A DNA stretch of 64,000 bases. It comes from Antedon mediterranea (taxonomy: Eukaryota; Animalia; Echinodermata). The stretch lies in contig NC_092670.1 of NCBI RefSeq assembly GCF_964355755.1, positions 34,088,388-34,152,387 of the forward strand. The letters are read 5' to 3'. Under the pieces are notes generated by a model. It was given only the letters and a program-made list of their open reading frames with translations. It was not told the origin of the DNA and ran no database searches. Position numbers and translations under genes: made by a program. Below are positions 1 to 14,700 of this stretch, piece after piece. Every line of letters begins with the position of its first letter. Positions within the stretch are counted from its first letter, which is position 1.

Positions 1-887
1 ATATGTGATCATTTTACAATCAAGTTGTACACCAAGGTTACGAACTTCTGATGATGGATTGACTAGTACGCCACCAATATGTAGGCCATCAAACCGGATC
101 TTTTTTCTCTGCTGAACAGAACCAAATAGGATCACCTCGGTCTTTTTATCATTTAGCTTGAAAAAGTTGGAGAATGGAGCCCATCCATTTTCTAATCTCA
201 GCAGTGCATGATTCTAACCGTTTTACGGCGGTCAGAATCTCAGTCTGGCAAGGCTTGACAGAAACGTAGTTGTATATCATCTGCATAGAAATGATACATA
301 CATTATCAATTAACAAAAATGGTTTGTTTTATAAATATATATTACTGTTTTCTATATGATGTTTGTTTGAAATAAAAGTGGGATGCTTCCACATAAAGAA
401 AAAAAAATGTATGCTCTCATATGGATATGGTTCCCATGGGATATTGTATCCGAAAAAAGTATTTATTCCAGGAGTGTTGAAATGCACACCGTGTGTCAGT
501 GTGAAAGACCATATCGGACAAGAACACGTTTTTACGTAGGTGTACGTATGATATGTTATCTTTAATAAGTTAGCAGACGTTATGTCGGTAAGCCACTTTT
601 TGTTCTAGCTATAGATTAGGGATTACTCTTCAATCTCTTTCTATGGAGTGGTCCTCGTCCGCTATGCGTGACGATTACATTTACTTTAAATGTTTTGTAA
701 TGATCCAATGATTGTATACAATTTTACTGTACTAGTACCAGGAAAGAGTGAAATTACACTGTAATTTCACTCTTCTCTGACTACTGCTTTATAATTATAC
801 TATTTCATAACACAACCATTCATTTGCCGTGCCGTGAATTTTCTTGAGAAAATGTGCGACGCGGTAGGATGTGAGTGTCGTCAAATA

Positions 888-1351
888 CCTTAAATTTTCT
901 AATTGTAACCATGGGCTATTATTCTTTGATTGTTTTTTAGGAAGAAGAGGGATCTCTATTCACTAGTGGGTTACTATTACTAATCTTAAATTAGGCACCT
1001 GAAAATAGTAACCCACCCTCAACTTTTGCGGTCAGCAAAAGTAATAGCAAAATAATAAAACAGTACGAATAAACAAATTTGGTTGAACTCTAACTTTATT
1101 TTATAAACTCAAAAGCACTCGATCCTCCCCCACTCCCGAGATCAACGTGCATTATCTCCTTATTAAACGGCTGCATCATAAGTTGTTGTGACTCTAATAG
1201 TAATTCCCACATGCGTCACTATTAGAGTATTGGGTTATTATTATAGATTGACTTATAAGATGGGTTACTATTAGGTGGGTTACTATTAGGTGGGTTACTA
1301 TTAGGTGGGTTACTATTAGAGTGTGGGTTAGGACTATTAGAAGATTTACGG
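888..1351. mobile_element. TA-flanked MITE (Tc1/mariner-pogo type) with internal 15-bp tandem repeat
   Basis: TA|CCTTAAATTTTCTAATTGT ... ACTATTAGAAGATTTACGG|TA imperfect TIRs; GGGTTACTATTAGGT repeated at 1262-1320. Confidence 0.55.
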
Positions 1352-2479
1352 TACCAACCTAGTTGACGTTGCCAAAAATGCGAGAGCTGTCTTTTTTAGC
1401 GGGGCTAGCGTTCAACATTCGATTCAGTTAGTAGTAGCATGAGTTTGTGTTGGTTGAATGGAAGTATATACTGTCAGGTGCGGCCTCGTCGAATACAGCA
1501 CTGTGAACAGATCCTAACTCATGAAATTCTACCCATTCTACTCATAAATATTCCATATTATTGTTTACGAATAAAATATTTTCCATAGTAGGCCTACACT
1601 TTTCATAGCGTTAGATGAGCACAGTTGGAGGGCAGTCCTTCCATAAGTTCGCGCGTATTATGTGCACTGTCTCGATCGTTTAAATGTAGATTTTGTTTAA
1701 CTCGTTCCAAAACATGGTAGAGCGCCCTCAAAGCCTGCAAAAGTGCAGTAGGTCTTTTTGCGGGAGATTTCATTTTAGAAAGATTTAGTAAATTCAAAAA
1801 TTCATTTTTTAATTCGTTTTTTAACACAATTTGTGTTTACACAAAAAAAAATGTCCCTCCTCGTGTGTCCCTTAATAGTAGCGTTTTTAGGTAGGCCTAT
1901 ATCTGCATCGGTCCCTTTTTAAAACAAACTTAGATTTCCTCCGCTCAGTATTTTATTTGGCATTGTATTATTATATTTGGCTTAATGCAATATTTCATTT
2001 CATTATTTATTCGGTCTGTTTCAGTATATGCATAAAAAACTAAAATTGGGGAGAACAGGGTAAACCAAAGTGAACTTAATCACTGCAGCTGAGCCGGTTG
2101 ACCCAACCCCAAAGTCATTTTACACAAAAGACATAGGACAAACAGTTAAAATGAATGTGAACTTTTCTAATGAAGACTGATGGGCTTTCTAGTAGGACTG
2201 CAGCATCTGCGAACGGTCTGGGAAGTTCATTTAAGAAAAGAAAGGCGACTTGATTGTTCCTTCCATTTTCCTATAATCAATGACCTCATGATGCATGTAC
2301 AGTCCACGCAATCAACAGTCATCAAACAAATCGGAAACAAACAATACAAGGAACTAAAATGTTTGTTTTGAGAGGACATACTCCTCCATTCGACACAAGA
2401 CCCTTCGCCACCTCGTGCTCGTAACTAAACACAAATCATTCATTCTAAATTTACCAGACCGTAACGAAATTAATACACA

Positions 2480-2520
2480 GCGCATGCGCATACCAACACT
2501 TTCAATGTCACAAGTATAAA
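2480..2520 (+). promoter_or_regulatory. Candidate promoter: NRF1/P3A2-type GCGCATGCGCA plus TATAAA
   Basis: GCGCATGCGCA at 2480-2490 and TATAAA at 2515-2520, about 190 bp upstream of the putative ATG. Motif match only. Confidence 0.3.
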
Positions 2521-2702
2521 TGTTTCATACCGTAAATGTTGGAGCTAATTGGCTTATGATTTGCTACCGTGCTACCGTTATTAGAAGAACACGGAATAAC
2601 AATTGGAAGTATACAAAAACAGGCCGCTTAATTTGTTTTGGCTATCTATCGTGTGGACTTGGACCGTGGAATGAATTTAGATAGTGGATATTGATACCAA
2701 TC

Positions 2703-2735
2703 ATGTCGACATCTTACAAGAATGGGCCATATAAG
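2703..2735 (+). CDS. Putative first coding exon ([11 protein letters not shown])
   Basis: ccaatcATG with A at -3, in-frame TAG upstream (2682), donor AAG|gtaggc in phase 0 matching the phase-0 acceptor at 19344. Implies a 16.6-kb intron. Confidence 0.5.
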
Positions 2736-5700
2736 GTAGGCCTACTAATAGTACTGTAGTAAAAAATAATAGTTTTTTAATGGTTAATGATAACAGTAAT
2801 GAAAGGTCAAGGAAGTTCGATGCTGGGCAGAAGGTTCACGTTTTAAGAATGAAGAATTTTAATTCTTTGTCATGCTAGCCATGTTTACTCAAACGTTAAT
2901 ATGAACTTATTATTGTTTGTGAAGATACCATGTCATGCATCTATTAGCACTGAATTAGTTTGATACAGTACACAATGTAATAGATTCACTACTAATACTT
3001 AATTTCATATTAATTAGTATTTGTTTTTACATATTTGCTTTTGTGCCTACTGTACCTAGTACTACCCACTATAGGCTATGGATTTTCTATTATGGCTAAC
3101 TTTTTAACTATTTCAACTTTCTGAATTATCTTATATTTTTAATTGTTAATAAATTACATCATTTTAATTAATCAATCAATCAATTTAAGTGCTGACAAAT
3201 AAAGCAAGTATACATGAATTCAAGTTCACTCCGACTCCATCCTAATAGTAAATATAAACGCATAACTTGTCCTTTTTCCATTAAAAAAAAATGTGTATTG
3301 TTCAATTCAATTAAGAAATAACTGAAATGCGCATTTAAATTGTAATATAAAAAGTATACAAATACTGTATAAAATGCATTTAAAAGTTAATTCAAATATG
3401 TACAAATCTAAAATTTCAAAAGATTTAATACAATAACAATAGGTGATCATTTTATTCTAAATGATCACCAAGTTTACAACAATACTAACATTCAGAAGGG
3501 CTAAAAATAAAATCCAATTCCAGACAAAAAACATTTAAAATATTAATACAATTGTTAAATTTCTTTTTCGCAACATTTTTAAGAACGTGATCTGTTTTTT
3601 TTTAAATTTATTTCCCTAATATTAAGAAACTCTAGAATGTATAACACCAACTATTGTAGTTGTATTAATATCTTTGCGTTATTCACTGCCTGGAGTGGTG
3701 TTATAGCCTAAATTCGACTTTTTAAGTACCCGATAATAGTGGCAAAATGCTTCTTTGTCTCCTGCTTTAGCTCTCTTTACAATATGTACGGCTAAATATA
3801 CAGTAATACGTTGTGTTTATTATTAAATTTTTATCGAAGTCGCTGTTTATTTCTTAAATAAGTGTTTACATTCGATTAAACATTTCTTCTAAAACCCTTA
3901 CTTCGTTGACTTGTTTTTCGATTTATTGTACATGTTAGAAATGCATTATCTCTTAAAGGTTTTATAGTCAATTAGGTTTTGATTCTGTAAAGCCTGTCTT
4001 CCTCTTTTAAAACAAAATCCTGTATCCGCCAATGTAGACTATTGGTTGATATACCGATTTAATGCATTTTTTTTTCGTTTTCTGCTTGTAATTAATGAGC
4101 GGTAATGTGGTGTTTTCACTATAGACCCAGTAATTTGCCGTTTGATCTATTAATATATCTTTTTATAAAAAGATATCTCTATTTTCTGAATATATGACAG
4201 CTTGAAGTGCCATACTTTTTAATACTTATAAACTGCAACTTGTTCATTGTCAAAGTCTTTCTGAACTTGTTGGGGTTATGTCCTTGATAAGTGGGCCTAC
4301 CCGCTGCTACAACATGTCTACAAACACCAAGCCTGGTCGTGGTCGCTATAGCTTTATTTTCAGGTTAAATTTGATCCATATTTAAGGCTTTACAATTATT
4401 AATTTCTTGACTTATTTCTTGTTGCCTCATGTAGAGTTTTATGATTGCCAGACGTTGCAATCCTTCATTTCGTTATGAACGATAAGAGGTCTGCTTCTAT
4501 GCCTAATATAGTAGATTGAAACATGCCGAGTTTTCCCAGTTCTCGGCCACTCATACATTACCACCAATATTAAATGCACACAAAGGGGACTAACGTATGC
4601 CCTATGTATGCCCGCGAGGGAAGTGGTGGTAATAGTCTGTATAGATCAGACGATTAGATGTAAATACGAAAACTCAAAAGGGCATTCGAAGTTCGAAGTA
4701 AGTTTAAACTTTATGTACGGTAGGCCCCTATGTGAAGATTATTTATTTTCCGATAATCAGCGGTTAAACACTAAAGTTGTAAAATAATACAAATGTGACA
4801 AACATTTCCCCCAACCCCCAAATCAATTTCTTTGGGGAATTTATAAAAACTAAAGATCACGGACAAGGATTCCTCCAGTAAAGATCTTGGAACGAAAAAT
4901 TCAGCATCATCTTCAGAATTGTTGGCTGTTATATGCCCAGAAAAATTAATGTTTGCAATACCGGTACTGTCATGCCTATCTGTTTGCCGCCGGATTTTCA
5001 AGAAATTTGTTTTTGTTTATAGTATACTTTATGTCATCATGCGAGACGGAAAGTACTATATGATATCTGTAAATTATAGGCCTATATGGTTTACATACAA
5101 TACATTAAGTGTACTTTCATCAGAGTCTTGTCGTGAGTCATATTGGAGTGGCGCCACAACACCACAGGGTGTATGTTCCATTGAAAGACTGATATAAAAT
5201 ATTAGTACTTTAGTAGGCCTATAATATTATAGGGCCTAATGTTTATAACTGTATACATGTATATATATATATATATTATTAAACACATTATGTGGACCAT
5301 GTTTTCAATTTTACGGAAGTATGTTACATACAATCTGTGATAGTAAGATAATACATTTTAGTGGGCTCAATATTTTCTTATTTTCTATTTCTCTACTCTC
5401 TAAGCAAAGTATTTATCGTGTTTAAAACGATTTGCTTTTTAAAAATTACTTGCTGCTTTTTAATGTTGATATTTTTTTTCTGTAGATTTTAATTTTGAAC
5501 ATATATATTTGCTTTACATACGGTATGGTCAATAACTCCTTATATCAACAAAATAGAATGGTCAATTATATCACTATATTGTGCTATTATGAATGATGGT
5601 TTATAACTCAATTCTTATTTCGCACATACTTTAAAATCTTACCAGCTTAGCCATTTTCTTAATCCAACTGTCCACACAGTATTCTTGTTTGTTTATAATA

Positions 5701-8700
5701 TCCCACGGCTATATTTAAAAAAGAAAAGATTTCAAGAGTTCACGTAATAGGTCATATTTCATTGCTATTCATGAATGTACACACAAACATGGATTATGTC
5801 CTTTATTCATTATCGGTACCATATAAGGATTAAACAAACGAACTACACATTGAGTATTTTTTAGAACGTCTCTTTCTAATCTGTAATGATTTGATTTATT
5901 ATTATTATTTATATCAGAATAAAGAAAAAGTTTAGAAAAATGAAAGCTCAACCCATTTTCATACATCAATATTTTGGTGACGTACAAATTGTTTTGTTCG
6001 GGGATTAAACACTGCATAACTGTACTATTGAAATTATGTTTTGCCATCTACAATCATTTATATCAAGTATATAACATGTACTATAAAAACCAATAATTGT
6101 CTTTCCTTGATTGGGAGAGTAGGGGAGGGGCGACCCGTCGACAAAATATAATAAAATGCAAAATATAGAACGTTAAATTCCACTTCAATTTAAAAGTATT
6201 GGCCCATTCGTGAGATGTGCTGTGTTGGGGTCACATGGGTGGATAGCAATCGCTACTTATTTATTATATCATATACAGTACATCTTTATGTACATCTTAC
6301 CAAGTGTTAATGATCTTCGCAAGCACCGGTATACCATATGTATATTCTGGAGTGGCCACCCATGTGTAACCTAGATTATACCCTTATAATCAATAATAAA
6401 AAATAAGTGACTGTTTAGTAATTTAATAGTGTGTTAATATACTTACTTTACGGTCCATTTTGACGTCAAAGTAAACAAATCTGGAATTGATATATGCAAT
6501 ATACCAAAATGATACACTAGACTTACGGAAATAGATTATTGTATTTGGCACTTAAATAATGTTTGAACTGCTCTGCACTGGGTTAGACCTTGGAGGTAAA
6601 AAACAGCTCCATGGACTGATCATGTTTATATTTGTTTAGTAGCTCGCACGCGTTCACAATCTCGTCCCCTCCCCCCCCCCCCCCCCCCCCCCACTTTCAT
6701 CCCCAGTTGAATAAACCCAATGGATGATCATTTGTGTGGGTGTTGGGTGCATATCTATCCTTCGTGACTCTGTCTTTTATGTTGTGTATTTTTCTCGATA
6801 TTTTTATTAGCTCTACACATAAATGTAGGTTAAATCATGATTTACCCGTGAGAATTTTAACACTCATTGTAGGCCTAACTTGTTGACCGTTTGATTTCGC
6901 TCCCGTTCTTTATTTGACCGTCAGATTAAAAAGATAGAGCACAAATATAAAAGCATTGATTTGTGGCAAGTTCACATAAAGCACAAACTCTCCTGTCAAT
7001 TTAATTTAACTGATAATTGAGATATCAAAACGTTATATTTGTATCTTTATATACCAATCATGTACATGTTTTGAATCAACCAAATACAGTAACGGTGAAT
7101 AGACTGGACCTCTAACGCATGCGCCTATAATATCCACCTTCTCCGACCAGGTAGTTGGTACAACGCTTAGTCTGGGTTACAGAAGGGGTTTTAACCTAAT
7201 ATTAATACAAAGATAAATATTTTGGCACATATGACGTTTCATAAGTATAATACTTAAACTTGTAAAACGAAATTTAAAAATATATAAAAATAAGCCTAGT
7301 ACACGGCTCTGCTCCATCTGCCGACAGAAAACGAAAGCTCAAAAGTTTAGAGCATTAAATTCAATTGAATACGACATTAAATATAATATAAATATGATAC
7401 AAGTAAATTAGCCATAGTAGAATTTAGGGAATTCTGAATGATACAGTATATAAATTTATGATTTAAAAAGGAAGTGTATTTTATAAAAAAAATACCACCG
7501 GATATCATTGCAAAATCTAAGGAATTGATTGATATATTTATATCTTTATGTTTCTGTAACAAACAATCCACGGTAGATATTTGACTTTTCCACATGCGGA
7601 ATGAGATCATTACCGGTGCGTTATCAATTAATTTATCAGGCTCTATGTTTGTATACTAAATGTTAATCAAACAAAAGTCACACTGATGTTGTTATATATC
7701 CATATGTATTATTGACATTACAAAGCAGTGTTATACAATAAAAACAATCAATAAAATAGCCAAACAGAATAAGAAAAAATATTGTGCCAAAGAAAACTGT
7801 TAAATTCCGAATGTATAAGAATTGCTTTATCTTGATCAAAGATCTTAATCATCTTTCTAGGCACCTTTTGATATACAGCAATTAAATATATTACAAACAC
7901 ATTTGGATGAGGCTAAAATTGGCAATACAGTATAAGAACATGATTTGAGCACGGGGGAAATTTTTTGTTTGCTTTAAACATTTCATAACATATGTATCAT
8001 AAATAATAAAATGTGAAAACGAAATTATTTATTTCATCTTTATGACGACGGTTGAGTATTATATAATTTTAACGTTTGATTTACGGCACCCAAAACAGTT
8101 TGCGGTTACATAATCTGTCGTATTACCATAACGTCGTTTTGTTTTTGCGGCACCCCAAAACAGTCTGCGGTTATAATAAACCAGAGAAGATAAAATTAAT
8201 CTAACGGTAATAAAGCACTTTGTTCCGATTCACGGAACGGAAGACGGCGTCGTTGTTCAATAATTGGAAAATCAGAAATAATTGAACGGCGGCCGTCTTC
8301 CGGTTCGTGAAACGGTACAAGTGTGAATAGCCTATACGCCAACGCGTAGGCCTCATATGACGAGAAAAAAAATATGAACGCTAAAAAAAATTAACTGTTT
8401 TATTACAAATGTGTAGGAGGACGTGTCTTGTAATAAAACGTAAAATACAATAAAACAGCTGTGTTTTTATTATAGCGACACAAATATTTACAAACGAATA
8501 CATTTCCTGGTTTTTGGAAATTGGGCCAAACTTATTGCCAACTTTCTAAACAAACAAGTTAATTCATGGATTTCCTACACTGCATAACCGTTTATAGTCA
8601 GTACTGAATTTAGTTTATATAGAAAGGAAACAAATACACATCTGTGTATATACTGTATGTACAAAATGTCAAATATCGTGGTTGATGGTTCCACTACGAT

Positions 8701-11700
8701 TTTGTCAATGGCATGGTGTACCTAACTCTTACTTCATAACTTTATTGTTAATAGTCGGCACTAAATTTAGTTCATAATGCTCACAGAATGAAAACATCAT
8801 GCTATGTACAAATGTCAAATATCGTTATTGATGGTTTCACCAGAACTCCGGCTGTTTGTACGCACACGATTTTGTCAATGAAACGGTGTACCAAATCTTA
8901 CTTCATAGGCCTAACTGTATTGTTTATAGTCGGTACTAAATTTATTTTGTAATTCTTTAATCATAGAAAGCAAACAAATGGTACATCAGACTATAATGTA
9001 GAAATGTCAAATATCGTGGTTGACGGTTCCACAAGAACTCTGGCTGTTTGTACGCACACGATTTATTTAGTGACACGGTGACATTAATGTGTACCCAACT
9101 CTTACATGTGTTTAACCACGATATTTAATGTCACCATGAGATGCACTTTGCACCTACGATGACTATATAAAACATCACACAAAACTTGACAGGTAATGAT
9201 ATTGCCATTAGGCCTATGAAAGAACAAATTAGTTTTTTCCTTCCTATAGGCTAATTAAATAAAAAACTAAACGGATTGGAAGTCGGTTATGGTATAATAA
9301 TCAGTATTACTACTGTATTAAGATATTATAGTTTTAGTAGAGGAGCAGCACTTGCTCTCAACTGATACAAAATAACTAACATAACTAAGATCAAGTAGGC
9401 CTGACATTAATTATCTTATATGGGACTCAAGAAGTTGAGGAGCAGGTCGGCCTACGGCTCCACATCTAATAAATTCAGCGTTGTAAAAGTAGGCCTACAA
9501 ATATCTACAGTTCTTTTGGACGCTTTGATTGATACATGTAGTGTTCGTACTAATTACGGTATTAGGCCTAGTAATGTTTTAATCTGGCATCATGTTTTAC
9601 TAATACGAAATTTGATTAATAAATATATATATTAATGTCATTCGCATACCAACATTTTAATGCTTCATTCAAGTTTCACCAGGGATGTGATAAAGTTCAA
9701 CGAAATTGCGTGGGAGATAATGTGCATGAATCCTTTAAATCGTCATGGTACGTCATAATTAATTAATTTCTTATTGGTTCTCGTGTTTTATAAATGTAGG
9801 TACCGTACGTATTTTGAGCGCGGTATACGTTTGTAAATTAGTCGACCTTGTTAAGTAATGAGATGAATTATATAGCTAAAGTTAATAATAATAGCAATTT
9901 AATAGTTAATAGCTATTAATGATTTGACAGGCTTAAACCGAATTTAAATAGTACGTCTGTTATGGTAGAGGCCTATCTATTGTTAGTCAGTTCGTCAGCT
10001 AGTCCTTAGGCTGAACAATGAAGTAGGCAACTGTACTGAAGACTGATGTATGGAATTTTAGTGTGAGAAAGTTGGACGCACGTGCACGTCATATCGTATG
10101 GTGCGCCAATATGTAATTTATTCGGTAGATCCAAATCTCCCCCTTAAATATAATGTTAATGACCTGTTTTTCGTCTATCAAGGATTAATGTAATTTCTAT
10201 TATTGTCTATTATTAATATATTTCCGGTGAACACGTGCTCTGGAACTGTAGGCCTATTATTAGGCCTATTTCAAATCGACCCGTCAAATTAATAAGCAAT
10301 GTAGTGTCTATACAAAATACGCCTACTGACGTCATTTTTTTATGCTGATTCAAATTGAATTGGGTATTTTTATGATCATGGTTCATTCCAATTTAAACAC
10401 GTTTAATTATTTCGGCGTTAGGGCCAATTTACTTTAATCTTTTATGACTGTAATTTATCAATATCTTAACTCGTTCTTTCTGCTTTGTATTGTTTTATTG
10501 CAGTTTTATACCTATTTGATGTTTATTTTTGTGCATATGTTGACAATGTTTTTGACCAAATAACTGAACGAATAAATGCATAAAGTTTGGTTCAGTCTAT
10601 ACAAATTCTTGGTGCTGTTTACTGCCTGGTGGGAAACCAAGCTTAAAGTGACTAATTCCGATATGCACGGGTTAAGTCTTGTTACCCAAAATTGTTTCCC
10701 CTTTAAATAAAAGCCTAAACGGATTCATTTGGCAGACCACCGTCATCCTAGACAGACATATCTACCGGGACAGAAAATCTGTCATCAGCACATAATCCTA
10801 AAATACCTAACATTGTACGTACTTACTACGGCGGGAACCAGCGCACCTGTCGACACCCGTGGCACTGATGTACTTTATTTGAATGCTTTAACAGTTATGT
10901 GTATATATAATCACCATCTAGATTCCAAAGTGATTCAATCATAAAAGGATACTAATTTTTAAAATATTGAAACATAAATTCAATAAAGCTTGTGAATTAT
11001 TTTACTATAATTTATATTTGACAATAAAACAGTTCTTGCAAATGTGTGATGCAGGCTGGGGGAAGTGTCATAATTAAAACGACACAGTTACATTTTTCAT
11101 CGTTCTTTAAATTCTATAAGTAGGCCTACAAATGTATTGAATACGTCATGAACAAATAAAATAACTTGATTTTTAAAGGTATTTCCGTACGCAAATTCCA
11201 CAATTGAGATTAGAAGTAGCCTATAATCACGCCATGACAGCATTCTCTAATACTGCAGCTACTGACGTAGTCTGGGTTCCAGGCGGAGTTTTGACTTAAT
11301 ATTAGTAAATAGATAAATATTTTGGCATATATGACGTTTCATACGTATACAACTCGAATCGAAACGTCGACTGGTGGACTAACATAAAAAAGACAATAAT
11401 AATACAGACTTGGGGCAAGTCTACTACTGAAGTAACTATCTTATTAACCTGCTTACGATTATGAAATTATTTAGTAATTTGTTTGATAGGCCTACACACT
11501 TTTACAGTGTCTCATGTTCATAAATAAAATAATACAATATGTATTGTAGTTCCTCCATAGTAACTGCAGTAAAATTAATTTTCATATGGTCCCTAAATTG
11601 TTTGTTTCCTTCTATTTTGTAATTCACACGGTTATAATTGCCAAAGGTCAATGAACTTAATGGTTCACGTGTTTTAAATTGCATTCAGTTGGTATTAGTA

Positions 11701-14700
11701 ATCATTACAAATGTGCACAACAACTTAGAGTGTCATCTTAAACAATGTATCATTCTGAACAATGTACTAACATGTCTGTCTGACTAACCATGACTTCTCT
11801 GACAACAACAGTTATAAATATATAATGTGTAGGTTCAAGTAACATTTTCACACACAACACGACATTGTTTTACCAATAATATTCTTCGAGAGAGTAAACT
11901 TTGATTTTTATATATTACATTATATTTGCTATGAAACGCCATCGGTGCCGTTAGGTTATTTGTAGGAAATCTGATTGTAACATGTCTAATAAATGTATCT
12001 ATCCAATCGTATAGTATACAGCGTCTCGCAATCAATTATGAATTGTTTGTTTAACACTACGACAAACCTTATATTATATACAGGACACATCCCTATTTTA
12101 CACTGGTTCTACTCATTTCACACCCTTGACGTCAGAACATTGCAAATTGTAGATGCATTAGACCCTACTTTTACAAATATCTTTTCAACAAGGTTGATCA
12201 GAAGTTAATCCACACAAAGCTTGTAATGTATGAAATGCCCCTGGTGTCTTAATTGGTACTTAATTTCTCGTGTAGTAACTGTTACATCTTGACGTGTCAA
12301 TTTCAATGAATGGTTCCCTAGAATGGGATATCAATAGACATAATTCTCACCCTTGGCCTGATTTATCAGGCAATTAAGTAATTAGCAAGATTACTGAATG
12401 GTCTACTATGGTTTCTACTAAACTGTCAACACATTACCATCTCATTAACAGCACCGCTGTAAGACAGGTCTTACATATTTCAATACGAATGCACTTTTTT
12501 CAGTCTTTTCTGTTCTTATCTGTCAGATGATTCGTCGACAGAATATTTCATTTATTGTGCAATTGTTTCCTACGTTTTCTGAAGCTCTGTGTCTACACTA
12601 TCAAACTTTATGTGACAAACAAATCTGATGTGCCCATATATGTACATGATGATGTTATTACCATATTTGGGCATATCAATACCATATTTGGAAACATCAC
12701 ACTTCAAAATTCAAAATCACTGACAACAGTTTACATCAAATAGATGACACATGGAAAAGGATTATGTGAGATCAAAATGTTTTTGTATATAAAATTAAAT
12801 TTTAAAATGTCAGTTTTTTTTTTAAACATTTTTTTACGAAAGATCAATACGTCTTTAAATATCAATTTATGAATGTGATTACGGCAGAAAATGTGTATGG
12901 ATTACGAGGATAATAACAATAAATTGATGGCATTTTAGAGGGTTAGGTTCGTCGATGATGGATTGCGTAAGACATCCAAGCGTCACGGATGTTAAGTACA
13001 TTTTAACTGCTATTGTTGTAAGTTCGTAGCCGAAATCGGTTAAAACCTCTTCAATGTTATCACTTTGTATGTATTTTTTATGATGATTTTCCAAATAAAT
13101 TCAAATCAAATCAAATCTTCATGGTGATTTAGGTCTATCTTCACGACCGTGAGCCCTCTTATCTTATACCGATTCCCAGAGCTGTATCTCCACAAATTGG
13201 TTCTAGGACACCTACCCCCTAGACAGTTACCCCCGGATGTTTACCACCCGGACAACTACCCCCTTAGGACAACTACCCCCCGGACAACTACCCCCCGGAC
13301 AACTACCCCCTTAGGACAACTACCCCCATTAGGATAACAACCCCCCGGACAACTACTCCCCGGACAACCACCCCCTTAGGACAACTACCCCCTTAGGATA
13401 ACTACCTCCCGGGTAACTACCCCCGGTCAACTACCCCCCGGTCAACTACCCCCGGTTAACTACCACCCCCTCCCCCCCCCCCCCCCCCGCAATCCAAAAG
13501 TAGACAAATATATAGGACCGGTTTCTGTAAAAATGAAATCATCTGTTTTTAACGGGTGTTTCGAAACTAGAGACCCGAGACCAGAGACCAGAGACCCGAG
13601 ACCCAATATATATATATATCCCTTTTCGTATATTAGGGTCTCCCTTTTCGTATATTAGGGTCTCCCTTTTCGTATAGTGTGGTCTCTCTTTTCGTATAGT
13701 GGGGTCTCCCTTTTCTTATAGTGGATCTCCCTTTTCGTATATTTGGGTCTCCCATTTTGTATATTTGGGTCTCCCTTTTCGTATATTTGGGTCTCCCTTT
13801 TCGTATATTTAGGTCTCCCTTTTCGTATATTAGGGTCTCCCTTTTCGTATAGTGGGGTCTCCCTTTTTGTATAGTGGGGTCTCCCTTTTCGTACGTGGGT
13901 CTTCCTTTTCGTATATTTAGGTCTCTCTTTTCGTATTGGGTCTCGGGTCTCTGGTCTCTGGTCTCGGGTCTCTAGTTTCGAAACACCCGTTTTTAACCGA
14001 TTATTCTGTTTAACAGCACGCTAGACCCTTTATTGAAAAAACGGCCTGGGCTGTTTATTGTTTAGGTGGTTTTTAGGTGTACATTTATTGGAAGAAAGTT
14101 GTTTATTCAATGGGAGAGGGGTATAATCTAATGGAAATAGACGCCGATTATTCCATATGATGTTTCATGGGAGTGACATGGTCACCGTTTATTTGAGGGG
14201 AATTTATTTAAAGATCGCCGTTTATTCGGTGAGTGAACATTGAGGTCAAATATCAAAAGTGCTATTATTCTTCAAGTGTACAAAAATACATATATGACAA
14301 ATTTGAGACAAAAATTAATTCTTTTAAGACCAGTGGTTATCGAAGCATTGTCCTCACGCAAAAATTATTATTATTATTAGCGAACCCAGTCTTTACAGTA
14401 AATACAGGGAGTTCTATATAATACGTTCGACTATCCTATGATCATGTGTGACAATCTTCAGTTTATACCAGGCTATATTTATGTTCAATCTTTTACTTTT
14501 GTTTACAATAATGAATAGTAATTCGTCAAAGTAACGAATTAAAATATAGTTATTAATTCCTATTATACACTGTTGCAGAGTCAGGTTGTTGAATGGTCTG
14601 GGTGGTAGTTGTCCGTCCGGGGGGTAGTTGTTCTAAAGGGATAGTTTTCTGGGTGGTAGTTGTCCAGGGGTTAGTTGTCCTACGAAGGTAGTTGTCCTAA

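Noticed and set aside
13149-13337. Mucin-like ORF (RTTTP)n
   Set aside because: Translation of the GGACAACTACCCCC transposon arm.
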